NCBI GenBank assembly: GCA_050613775.1 | Contig: JBODTK010000127.1 | Location: 372,001 to 436,000 of the forward strand | Reading direction: 5' to 3' | DNA length: 64,000 nucleotides | Origin: Neocallimastix sp. 'constans' | Taxonomy: Eukaryota | Part shown: positions 13,191 through 26,210 of the stretch, in pieces | Layout: the number at the start of each line of letters is the position of its first letter | Numbering within the stretch: the first letter of the stretch is position 1 | Program-made: the position numbers and the translations under genes | The notes under the pieces: generated by a model | The model's input: the letters and a program-made list of their open reading frames with translations, nothing else | Databases searched by the model: none | What the model was told of the DNA's origin: nothing

Positions 13191-14527
13191 ACATTATTTA
13201 TATACCTTGAAAGATAAATAAATATTAATAATAATAATATATAATAATTCTTAAATGGCGGATAATATGTTGTAGAATAAACACAAAAGGGAAATATTTT
13301 AAATAATTTATTTTATATTTTATTTTCTATTTTCAATTTAATAAGCTATTTTATACTTAGTTATATTATATTATTAAAAATATATTAAATTAAATTATGA
13401 ACTATAAACTAAAAAGAGTAATAATTCATTAAAAGAAAAATGTAAATAAATTTTTAGAAGGGGACTTTTTATGAAAAGAAGAAATAATTAGTCAAATATA
13501 ATAAAATTTTATTATTAAATAAAATAGTTAATTTTTTTTCGTAAGTTATATTATTTGAAATATAACATCCTTGAATAATAAATATTTTTGTAGTAATTAT
13601 TTATAATATAATTTTGTGTAAATTAACTTTCTTTAAAATTTTTTTATTATAAATCGTAAAATAATTCTTCCTTAAAAGTTTTTTAACTACAACTTTAGTA
13701 TAACATTGTAATATAAATAGTATTTATTTTATTTTAATAATTTACTATTTTATAGTATTCTACCATTTATTTTATTTTAATATCACAGAAAATTAAATAA
13801 AATAAAAAAAAAAAAAAAAAAAATAATTACAAAAAATGAATTAAACAATTTATTAATATCAAAAATAATGTTTAGTATCAATTTTGTTAAGTAGTCACAA
13901 AATGATAATTTATGCAATAATAATTTTATATTAAATATATATTTTATTTCATAATAATTATATTTTAAATATTTTATTATATATATGTAGCATGTAAATA
14001 ATATAAAATAGAAACAATATGTAATATTAAATAATTAAGTCCTTTTTAAATTATAATACTGTAATGTACAATATATATAAAATCATGTAAACCTTAATAA
14101 ATTTTATTTTAATATTTTATTCTTTTATACTCTTTTACTACTCGTTTTATTACACTTTCTGTATTTTATTTTTTTTTAGTTTTTATGTAATAATTTAATT
14201 ATATATATATATTCTAAATTGATATTTAATAATATTTATATTAAAATTTTATAATTTTTAAGATAAAAATAATGACAATAAAAATACAATATATTACAAA
14301 AAATAAAAATAGAAATAAATAAATAAACAAAAAAAATTGATAAAAGAAATGAAAAGTTCATTAAAATAAAATAAAATAAGTATTATTATTTTATACTATT
14401 TTATTTATTTATTTATTTTTAAAATTGTCATATATATTTTTTTTTTGGTAATAAAGCAAGCAAGCGTATGAAATAATAAATAAATTATTAAATTTTACTA
14501 GTTTATATATGGTATAATTAATTTTTT

Positions 14528-16020
14528 TTATTCTCTGGCTTTACCACATTCGGAACAGAATTTATCTCTTTCACCAAATTTATTACCACATTCAGAACAG
14601 AATTTTGCAATACCAGCTGTTTTTGTTGGTGCTTTTGTTGGTGCTTTTGTTGGTGCATTTGCTGATGGATTTGTTGATGGATTTGTAGATGTAGGTGATA
14701 TAGTATCTTTATTAGTAATGGGTTTTGGTTTTACCACTTTAGGGGCAACATTTGTAGATGGCTTAGAAGTTGGTGCAGCATTTTTCTTTTCTTCTTGAGC
14801 AGCTAGTCTTTCTCTACGCTTTTGAGCTTCACGTGCGAAATGTCCATCTGGTGTACAACTTCTTAAATGGATTGGTAAACGATCTGGAAGGAATTTTCTT
14901 TATTTATAATATTTATTACATAATATTTATCATTAGCAAGATTTTATCATTATTTTGTATTAATATTATTTTATCAATATAGGTATTTCATTTTAGTATA
15001 AAGAAAAAATAGAATTTAATATAATTGTATAATGTGTGTAATTAATTTTTTTTTATTAATTTAGAAAATTTTTAATTTATTGTTTTTTATCTATTTATGG
15101 CATTATATTTATTTATTAATTCTTTGTCTTATATTATTTCTTTCTTTATATTACTATTATAAATAATTATTATCAAATATACTGTTTGTAATATAATAAA
15201 TTTATTAAATATTATTATATTATAGTAATGCCATAAAGATACAAATACGAAATTATCATTAATTATTATTTCTATAATTTACTATAATTTTTTTTATATA
15301 ATATACAGATAATATATCTATTTTAAATATTAAACATCTCAAACAATGCTATATATTAGAAATATCATTAACAGTTGCATTATGAGATTTATTATTTAAT
15401 TCTCATTACCTTCCACAATTCGGACAAGCATCTCTACCTTGATCAAGAAATTGTTCTCTACAAGCTTCATTATATTCATTAATTTGTTTAGATGTCATTT
15501 TACCTCCACCAATTGGAGTTTCATTATCACCACCTCCAATAACAGGTTTTTTTGGAATTGGTTTCCCTGGATTTTCTAATTGAAATTTTTTTATACAATT
15601 TGGTTCATGTATTGGAAAACTAGCTGATGAAAAGTTTTTACCACCTTATAATTTATATAATTATTATAATTATTTTTATTTGATTTTATTTTATTATTTA
15701 TTTTGTTATTATTATATAAAATGATTTCACGTTCATCAATTAATGTAAATATCATTAAATATACAAATTTAGAACGAAAATAAAAAAAAAAAAGATAAAA
15801 AAATTTACGTATTGTTAATTAATTAGTGTTTATAGTATTAAATGTTTAAATTTTTTAAATATAATTATTGTTTATAATTTTGTTTTATTATGTATATTAT
15901 TTAAAGCTGTATGACCATTATTTTTTCATTTTAATAAAAGCTATTATTAATGGACTTACAAATATAACATATAACCAAATGTGGATGTGTTTTAACTTTT
16001 TTACCAGTACTTATATTCAT
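14528..16020 (-). CDS. ZNF474-like C2HC/C3H zinc-finger protein with C-terminal zinc ribbon, 221 aa, 3 exons (16020-15960, 15644-15410, 14897-14528)
   Basis: The spliced product contains CYICGKNFSSASFPIHEPNC and CPNCGRKFLPDRLPIHLRSC, a Pro/Thr/Lys linker, and FCSECGNKFGERDKFCSECG. Closed 666-nt frame. Confidence 0.85.
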
Positions 16021-16094
16021 TATAAAATTTTTTATTATTAATACAATTTAAAACAGTAAACAACTAATTAAATATTAAATAAAATAAAATAAAA

Positions 16095-16142
<48 letters not shown>

Positions 16143-16277
16143 ATTTTATAATGTCACCTGTATAAAATTTTGTAATATACCTTTAAATACAAATGTATTT
16201 ATTAAAACAACAACAAAAAAATAATAAATAAATAACAAAATCAATAACCTTAACTAAATGAATTTTATATATTAAAA

Positions 16278-16323
<46 letters not shown>

Positions 16324-17006
16324 ACATATAAATATAAATTGGTTTTTTCCTTTTTTATAATTTTGTTACATTAAAAGTTGTAATATATCTTTTAAATACA
16401 AATGTATTAAAACAACAATTAAAAATAAATACTAATTAATTTATTTATATATATAAATGGTTTTTGAATAAATATTATATTTACTTTATAATAGTATTAC
16501 ATACTATTATTAAATTATATTTTTCCTTACTATTATTAGTATTCTTGATCTTTTATTTTATATAAAATTTATAGGAAATTAAAATTACTAATTATTTTGA
16601 ATTATAAGATATATATGTAAATATATATATGCTTTATTATAAAAGTAAACACAATTATTAAACAAGTTTAAAGTTTAATAATAATTATTTATTATTCAAT
16701 TTATTTTTTTATATATTTTTTTAATTTAATAATATTTATTTTTCTTATTTTAAATTTTGTAAACTTTAAAATTTTTATTTAGTATTTTTTTTTTTTTTTT
16801 TTTTTTTTTATTTTGAATAAGGAAGTATTAATATTATAATATTTTCATTTTTATTAGAATTTGTTATTATTATATATATATTATAGATATATATTTATAT
16901 AATTTAATAATAATAATAATAATAATAATAGGATGAAAAAAAGAGATAATGTAAATTTATATTTATATTCATATTAATTAAATATTAAAATCTATGCATT
17001 GTCTCT

Positions 17007-17046
<40 letters not shown>

Positions 17047-17727
17047 TTTAATAATAATATAATTATCTAAACATATATTATATTCACATAAACTAACAAT
17101 ATCTTTTATAATAATAAATTTGATCTATTTTACATTATAACTTTTGTAATTATATAATAGTTATTGTTAATATTATTATAATCTATTATTATTATTTCTT
17201 ACAAATTTTCATGTTTAAACTAAAGCAATAAAATTTCAAGAAGCCACTTTATAATTATTACTATGATACGATAATTTAGCGAATTTCAAAAAAAGTATAT
17301 AATAAAAATATCTTGAAAAAGTAATTATTACTATATATTATAATATATTATTAAAAAAAAATAAAAATAAAAGAGAAAAAAATTAAAACAACAAAAGAAT
17401 AATTAAACAATCACTTATCATTTAATTATTTCTAGATTTATATTAACTATTAGTTAATGGAAAATTATTGTTTGTTGACTTTATATTTATTCATATTTTA
17501 TTTAATATAATTAATAGAGAAAAATTCCATTTACTATTTGTTTTGCTGATATAGTCCAAAATATTTATGAGTTTGAAGAAAACTGTTATTAAAGGTATAA
17601 AAATTTATTTTAATTTATGAAAATTAATGGAAAATTAAATAAGTTAAATTAATACATTGTGGCTTATATATTAATTATATTACAGTATGTTTCAATTATT
17701 TGAAGTTTATTTTATATATATTTTACA

Positions 17728-18199
17728 AGCGTGTATCATTTCGCAATTGTGCATTTCACAATGTGGCGTAAATTTTTATAATTAATTGATACATTATACT
17801 ATTTTTTTTAACCAATAAATAGTTAAGTAATTAATTAAATAAATAATAAAAATCATTTTTGAAATAAGAAAAGTCTTTAAATAAATAAATTAATAAATTA
17901 ATAAATAATAAATAATAAATAATAAATAATAAATAATAAATAATAAATAATAAATAATAAATAATAAATAATAAATAATAAATAATAAATAATAAATAAT
18001 AAATAATAAATAATAAATAATAAATAATAAATAATATATAATATATAATAAAAAAGAGTATTTATTTATAAATAATAAATAATAACAAATAATAAATATA
18101 ATAAATAATTAATAAATAAATAATATTAATTTATATATTTTAAAAATTTTTTAAGCCACATTTTGCGAAATGCTCAATTGTGAAATATACACATCTCTC
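17728..18199. mobile_element. MITE-like element with ~40-bp imperfect terminal inverted repeats
   Basis: Left GTGTATCATTTCGCAATTGTGCATTTCACAATGTGGCGTAAA (from 17731) versus reverse complement of the right end GTGTATATTTCACAATTGAGCATTTCGCAAAATGTGGCTTAAA (to 18192). Non-coding interior with an (AATAATA)n array. Possible TSD ATATTTTACA (17718-17727) / ATATTTCACA (18200-18209). Confidence 0.7.
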
Positions 18200-18809
18200 A
18201 TATTTCACATATTCAAACATTCCTCCTAAAACATAGTTATTCTTTTTGAATGAATTGGTTTCTGGTGAATATGTGTATATAAAATTATCTTATTTTATAA
18301 TGATATTATTAAACTATTATTTATATCCATTCTTAATTAGCTTTTATTTGAGATAATTCTCTTCAATAAAGTATTTTATATTTTTACGAGTTTTTTAATT
18401 TTGATCATTTCACATGTTCGAGCAGTTTTATTAGTCTTCCTTAAATTGACATAATGTGCAACTTTAATCAAAATTTAAAATTTCTAATTATTTTTCTTTG
18501 ACATAATATTATATCTAGCAAACAATACTTTTTGCTAAGAATATGTTTAAGAGTCATATAAGGCTTTTAATCTGTTACAGAAATTTTTTATATTATTACA
18601 TTGTGACTCATACAATAATTATATTATAATATGTTTCAATACATTTGAACTTATTTTTCATTTATTTCACATGTTTTAACAAATTATTATTTTATATTCT
18701 AATTTACATTAATGTGTAATAATATTCCTATCCAATGTTACATTAATACAATGATACCAAAAATAAAAAAATTATTATTGATACTATTTTTTAATAATAT
18801 AATTATTAG

Positions 18810-19427
18810 AACTTTAGAATTTCTAAAGATATACTAGAAGTTTTATAATGTTATTTTAGAAAAGATCGAAAAATTTCATCTAAGACCATTCTATTAATTA
18901 TTTATATGAAAGATATTCTTCTAAAGAATCATTCTCAATGTCAGAAATTCACTCTACTGTTCTCTCAATGAAAAATAACAAGTATTTGTTCCTGATGGTA
19001 TACCAACAGAATTTTTTAAAGCATTTTCAATTCTGAGAATAGCATCTCTTCTCAGAATGATTCTAACCAAGAGGTTACTTATTATTTGGGAAAATATAAC
19101 TTCCTATTCTTGAAAACATTAAACTAACACTATTAAGTAATTCAGTAGAAGTTCCAAATACACTACGAATATCAGGTTCAAATACAAAAAATGACTATTT
19201 TTATTTTTTAATAAAATTTGGTATGGTGATTAATGAATTGAATTCTGCTTCTATTGTTTCAGTTATAGAGAACGGGGATCTTTCTGATTGTAATAATCAC
19301 TTTAGATTGTAATATTAAATATTCTGTTAAAAATTATCACTGAAAGAATTTTGGACTATGCTTTTTCTCATGGAATTATTAGACCAGAACAGTTCGGTTT
19401 TAAAAGAAAGAAGAATGTATTAGTTTA
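18810..19427 (+). mobile_element. Degenerate LINE reverse-transcriptase relic (N-terminal part of RT)
   Basis: Fragments read SMSEIHSTVLSMKNNK..PDGIPTEFFKAF, SASIVSV..NGDLSDCNN and KIITERI..YAFSHGIIRPEQFGF, with frameshifts and stops between them. Confidence 0.8.
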
Positions 19428-19714
19428 AATAATATAAAATATAATAAATGGTACGAATAAAAAAAAATTTTTTTAAATATTTTTATTCATAATTCTTTTT
19501 TTTTATAAAGAAATAAAAAATTTAAATAAAAAAGATTAATAGTTAATGAAATATAATAAGCGAAGTATTAACAAATGTGTAATTAATTTTTTATTTATAG
19601 AGAAAATATTATCAAAATCTACAATTTCATAAATATCCTACATATATACGATATGTAAGATATATGAAATATTTATAATAAATAAATCTGCTAAAAAATT
19701 ATCAGAAATATATA

Positions 19715-19771
<57 letters not shown>

Positions 19772-20450
19772 TTTGGTGTTACACTGTATATTTTTATTAT
19801 TAATATATTAAAATACTTCAAAATTCATTATTTAAAAACTTTCGAAGATATAATATATTGTTCAAAATTAATATATACATATAATAATTTATAAATATAA
19901 AATAATAAATATAAAAAACAAATGTATTAATTTTATATTAATAATTAAAATATAATTTTTTTTTTTTTTGTATTAATTTTTATATTTTGAATAAATAGTA
20001 TATGATTATCTATTATTATTTCATTATAAAATTTTATTACTATATATTATAATTTTCTGTAATTTAAGTATTTATTATAAAAATTTTGACAATAATCTTT
20101 TATATAAATTATATTGAAAATAAAATATAAAAAAAATAACTTTTTAAATATAAAAAATTTATAATTTATAAAAAAGTTAAATTAGTAAATCTCCATCATA
20201 AAAATCTAAAAAAGCTTAATTTAAATTAAAAATGCGGCGTTTTAAAAAACTTCTAACGGTTAAAATGATAAAAATTAAAAATTTCATTAAAAACGGCAAT
20301 ATTTATATTTTTAAATAAAATCAAACTTTATTTTTGTGATAATAATTAATTAATTAAACATTATGAGATAAGAAAAAATGGACGGTAAAAAAAGTAGATT
20401 AAATAAGATAAATAAAAAGAACTATTATGGTTAAATCATTATTATTATTA

Positions 20451-20583
20451 TTTTTTTTTAATTATTTATATTCCTAAATATATAGATGAATTCTATTTTT
20501 TTTAATTATTTATATTTCTAAATACATAGATGAATTCTTTTTTTTTTTAATTATTTATATTCCTAAATACATAAGTGAATTTT
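20451..20583. repeat. Three-copy ~45-bp tandem repeat
   Basis: T(n)AATTATTTATATT(C/T)CTAAATA(T/C)ATAGATGAATTC repeated three times, the third copy diverged. Confidence 0.85.
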
Positions 20584-23500
20584 ATTTGTATAAGTCAAAT
20601 AAAAAAATCAATAACTTACATATTTAAAATTTAATGATAAAAAGATATATTAGTAAATAAACCAGGTTAAAAACAGAAATTTAATGAATAATATATAAAA
20701 CTATAAAAAGTAATAATAAATGATAAAGCATTAAAATAAGTAGTATAAATAATAATAATATATAATAATAGTTAACTATAATAAAAATAAATAATAATTT
20801 TGAATAATAATTATAATAATAATAATAATAATACTATTAGAAATAGCAAACAAACAAAAAAAAATAATAATAAATAAATAATATGTAATTACTAAAATTT
20901 TAAGTATATATAGTTTTTATCCAGTTTAACCATTACTTGATATGATAGTTAGCAATACAAATTTCTTCTAAATTAATTCTATGTTAATGAAAATGTATTA
21001 CTCAACAATTTTAGTAAATATTATTAATTTTTTCAAATAATATTTAAATATGTTTGTCATTACATTTTTATTATATTAAATATTTAACTCATTATATAGT
21101 TTATTCTTTTATATTAATTTAATTATTTCTTTTTTCTTAATTTTTAGTATTTTTATTTATTATCTAAATATTAATTTTTTTTGGTAATATAGGGGGAATA
21201 AAAATGGTTTCTTTTTTATTCTTTGTATATTTTTAATTATAAAATTTAATTATATTATAGGAGTTGTCATATCATCAAATTATTATTTAAAATAAATATT
21301 TAATTCATTTTATGTATGTTTAATATCTTTTACCTTTAAAGTTTTATAACTTTCATTTTACCATTTTTTTCCCCGATAAACTAATAAAATATAGGAGAAA
21401 GTATTTTTATTTTGGTAATTTACTTTGAGAAAGGCCAATAATATATTTCATTTAAAATTTATATATTTTATTTTTTTATTTTTCTTTTTTTGATTAAATT
21501 TTTTAATATAAATATTAATATAAATATTATTTTATTTAAAATTAATTGTTAATATATTATGAATAATGTATTTATTTATCAATCAAATATATTGTATAGC
21601 ATATTAATAAATATTAATTGTGGTTATAACAGGTTATAACATATTTATATATATTATTTTGTGTAATTTTTCGTATATTATGTATTTCCTTTTATAGATT
21701 TTTAAAGAAAAAAATCTATAAAAATTTTTTTTAAAAAAAAATTAAATTTTAAAAGTGGAAATAATTCAAAGAGTCAATTGATTTTAAAATTAGGTAAATA
21801 ACATAAATTTTCTATATAATTATAAAATATATAATATGACTTAAAAGAATAAAAATTATATTTGTAAAAAAAAATGAAAAATGTTTTTTAATATATTTTT
21901 ATAAAATACGATTTTTCAATAAAATATTTAATATATAAAATTATATATGGCAATATTGATTTTTGTCCATGTATAAAACATATTTGTATAATTAATAATA
22001 GTTATATATTGATTATAAAATAATAATAGTATTAATAATAGTAATAACAATAATGATAATTAATTAATTAATATTTAATAATTAATAATAATAATTCAAA
22101 AAAAGAATTTATTATTTAGCACGTTTTAGTAAAATTTCCAAATTTATACATAAATATATATTTATATATTTTTGTCATATTACCAAATTTTGATGATATA
22201 ACATATTTTAAAGTATTTGAGACATTTTAATAATTATTTATATATTTATATATATTCTATAATTAAAATTTATTTTGCATTTTTTTCAAATGCTAATAAT
22301 AATATAAAGTTTAAAAAATTATATATAAAATAATAAAAAAGCTTATTAAATAAAAATATGAAAATATATATTTGAATTTTTAGTTCATAATAATGAATAA
22401 TAATAATAAATAATAATAATGAATAAAAATAATTATTAATAAATATTAATAATAATAAATAATAAATAATAATAAATAATATTAGTAATAATAACTAATA
22501 ATATTAAATACATAAATGAACAAGCAAATAAATGAAGAAATTTATAATATATTAATTATGTTTGTATTAATTTTTTTTTGCTATTTAATATATGAAATAT
22601 GAAACAATATTCTAACCTTTTAATATTAAAATGATTATTTTTATTATTGAAACTTGATTATTATTAATATTAATTTAATACAATTATAAAATTTTAATAT
22701 GTTTTGTATCATTTTTATATCATGAACTTTATTACTAATTATAATGTAAATCATGCTAATAAATAATTTACATTTTAAATTAAATTAAATAATAAAACTT
22801 TTATTTAAAAATAGTATAGTTGATGTTTGAATTATTAATAAATTAATAATATTGTTATTTTATTACTATGATAAATTGATTAATCTAAACAATAACTTAT
22901 ATACGTAAAATTAAATAATAAAACAACTTTATTTTGTTATTTTTTTTTGTATAAAAAATATTAAAAATTAATAATGATAATAATAAATTATTAGAATATC
23001 AATGCAAATTAAAAGATAATCTTACTATATTAGAAGCATAATATTATTATAAAACATTATTTAATATATTTTATCATTGTAATTATTATTCTAATTTTAT
23101 TGGAATTAAAAATTCAAACCTAAAGAAATTAAATATAAAGAAATTAAATATCTATGAATATTAAATTTCAATTTTAAGAGTTCCATGACCATAATAAAAT
23201 TTATCTTTACTTGTATGTATATTAATATTTGAATTTTCATTCCGTTAAATTATTCATTAGTTATTAATATTATTTTTTATGCCATAATAAAAATAAAACA
23301 ATTACCATTTTTATATATTAATATTATAACTATAAATTGTTAGTTTTTATAAATTTTTTATGTATCATAAATTTTATATTTTTTGATAATTTTTATTGAT
23401 TTTTAACTATAAATTTTTTATTATTAGTAATATATATATTTAATTTTTTTATTATAAAAATATATAATATTTTTTTTTTAATCATAAATGTTTAAAATAT

Positions 23501-26210
23501 ATTTGTATAATGTATACAAATGATTATTATTATTACTTTTTTTTTTTTTTTTTTTGAAAGAAATAAGAAGAATTGTTCATTTTAGCAATAAAGTATGTTT
23601 GAAATAAATAATTATAAACAGTTATAATTTATATAGATAAACATAAAAATAAGATTAATATTTAAATAGAAAAACATTAGTACTAGAAATTACTATATAA
23701 AATAATAAATAAACTATATTTTTTAATGATATTTATTATTTCTAATATCATATTTTGTAAAAATGATATTTTGAACTAAAAAAGTTTAAATAATTACTAT
23801 TAAGTATTTAATTTAGAAAACTATGAGAATACAAAATTACAAATTTGTTAATAATTTTTTATTATTTAGTATATTTTGATAACTATTCATAAAATAGATT
23901 AACTAAAATTTAAAATATTTAATTATATATTAAAACTAATACCGTTATAAATTAAAATTTTTAATTTGTGCTTTTTTTTTTTTTAACAAAAACTATTAAA
24001 AATTATACTGAATTAATTACAAAATCTATATTAAGTAAATTTCATAAAACTTCTATATAAAGTTTATTAATGTTGTTTTTCTTTTTTATATTATAAATTA
24101 ATATTATAATATATTAATATTATTAACATTTTTATTCCACTACTATCTATAAGCCATAAAACTTATTTATTAGTAAAAACTAAAAAGATTTATGATTATT
24201 ATCCAATCAAATAAAATTAAATAAGTCGCATTAATAATATTAATAATATTTGGACTTAATATATATATATTAAATTATTTATAATATTTAAATATAATAT
24301 TTTGCTTTATCAAATATTGAATTTAATCTTTATAACTTTTTTTGCGGCCTATTTTCTAATTTTTTTTTTTTTTAGAAAAAGAAAACTTTAAAATAAAATG
24401 AATATTTTACTAATTTGATTTATTAATATATAAAATTTAAATTTAAAGCAATATAATAAAATTGGCTTAAAATCGTTTGCGGCTAAAAATATATATTTAT
24501 CTTTTAATTTTTAGAAATTTGATATTAATAACTATTAAAATTATTAAACTTTTGTTTAATATATTATATTAAAAAAAATGTCATTACTTTATTTGTTAAA
24601 AACGAATAATGAAAAATATGCTCTAATAGGTATCCACCTTACTACTAATTAAAACATTTTTAATATTATAAATAATAAAAATTAATTTAATCTTGAATTG
24701 AAAATTTAAACAATTTTAAATTTATGAATATTTAATCAGAATATGTTTTAATAATACATTAAAATTTATTAAATTTATTATTTGTGCATATATTTTTTGA
24801 GTATATTTTAAATAATTAATGATTAGAATTAGTACTCTAATGATAGTATAATGCGATAAAAATAATTATTAGTTCGTAAAATCTGTATATATAAAATTAT
24901 TCATTTTAAATTGTTTTCTTCATTAATATTTCTTTTTAAATTTACATTGCTTATAAAGTTCTTTTAATTGTATATTATTTATTTTAATTTTTGTCAAATA
25001 TTTAATATATATATACATGGTTACGGTAAAGTTTTTTAATATTTTATTTAGATTTATTTTTTAATTGTTAGTATTATTACAGATCAATAATTAATAATTG
25101 ATAATATAAAATTTAATAAATAAAAGAAATAAAGCTAAATAATTATAATTTTTATATATTAAAAAATAATATTATCAATAATGTATAAATTTAAATTATT
25201 AAAAAAATAGTATTTTCTAATGTAGAACAATACAATACAATTACAATATTAGTGAAAATATTTTTAGTAAATTAAATCATATATATATTAATTAATAGGA
25301 TTATTAATATTATAAATTATATATAATATACTAAATTATATAAATTTAAAATTATATAATAATATTACAATTATTTAATATTAAACTATATATTTATAAT
25401 AACTTTAATAATTATAAAAAGTTGATTCTAAAATAGTAAATCATGATATTAATAACTATTATATAAAAAAAAAATTTTTTTTTTAATATATTTTTCTATT
25501 ATCCAATGAAATGAAAAAAAAAATAAAATTTCAAATATTTGTCAATAAAAGGAAGAAAAAATCACTTAAAAAATTTTATAATCAACTTTTTTTTTAATTA
25601 TAAAAAATTTTTTATTTAAATTTTATTAGAAAAGTTGTGGATTTTTGATAGTATTAGTTTTATTATTCTATTTATTTTCAAACAAATATTATTTTGAAGT
25701 AAATAGGCAACAACAAAAAAAAAGCATAACTAAAATAAAGGATTATTTAATTAAAGTTATATTCAATACTTTAGAATATATTTTATATAACATATATATA
25801 CATTTATAAATAAATATTAATAAATTAGTTATTTAAATTATTGCTTTATTTTATTTTTATATTTTATATTATTAATTATTTGTTATTGGAAAAGTTATTC
25901 TAATTTGATTAGTAATATAAAATACTAAAAAATCTATTTATAAATTATTGAAAGTTTATTATTTTTATAATTTATTTTTAAAAAAGTAACATTATTAAAT
26001 TATAATATTTTTTAAAATAAAATTCATTTTGAAAATGAATAATTTATAATAATAATAATAAAGAAAAAATAGTATAAAAAAGTAAGATTTAATTGATATA
26101 TAAATATTGAAAAAGCTTAAAATAAAAATAATAGTTATAGTAAAATTTTAAAAATTTAATAAAAATAAAAAATAAAAAATACCTTAAGAATAATATATAA
26201 GTATATAAAA

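Noticed and set aside
20451..20583. Regularly spaced repeats (also 41185-41537 and 60547-60664) considered as CRISPR-like arrays
   Set aside because: No unique spacers, no cas genes, eukaryotic context; these are plain tandem duplications.
21691..21722. 13-bp inverted repeat TTTATAGATTTTT/AAAAATCTATAAA and nearby GGTTATAAC doublet (21622-21640)
   Set aside because: Short and mostly A/T; plausible by chance at this composition.
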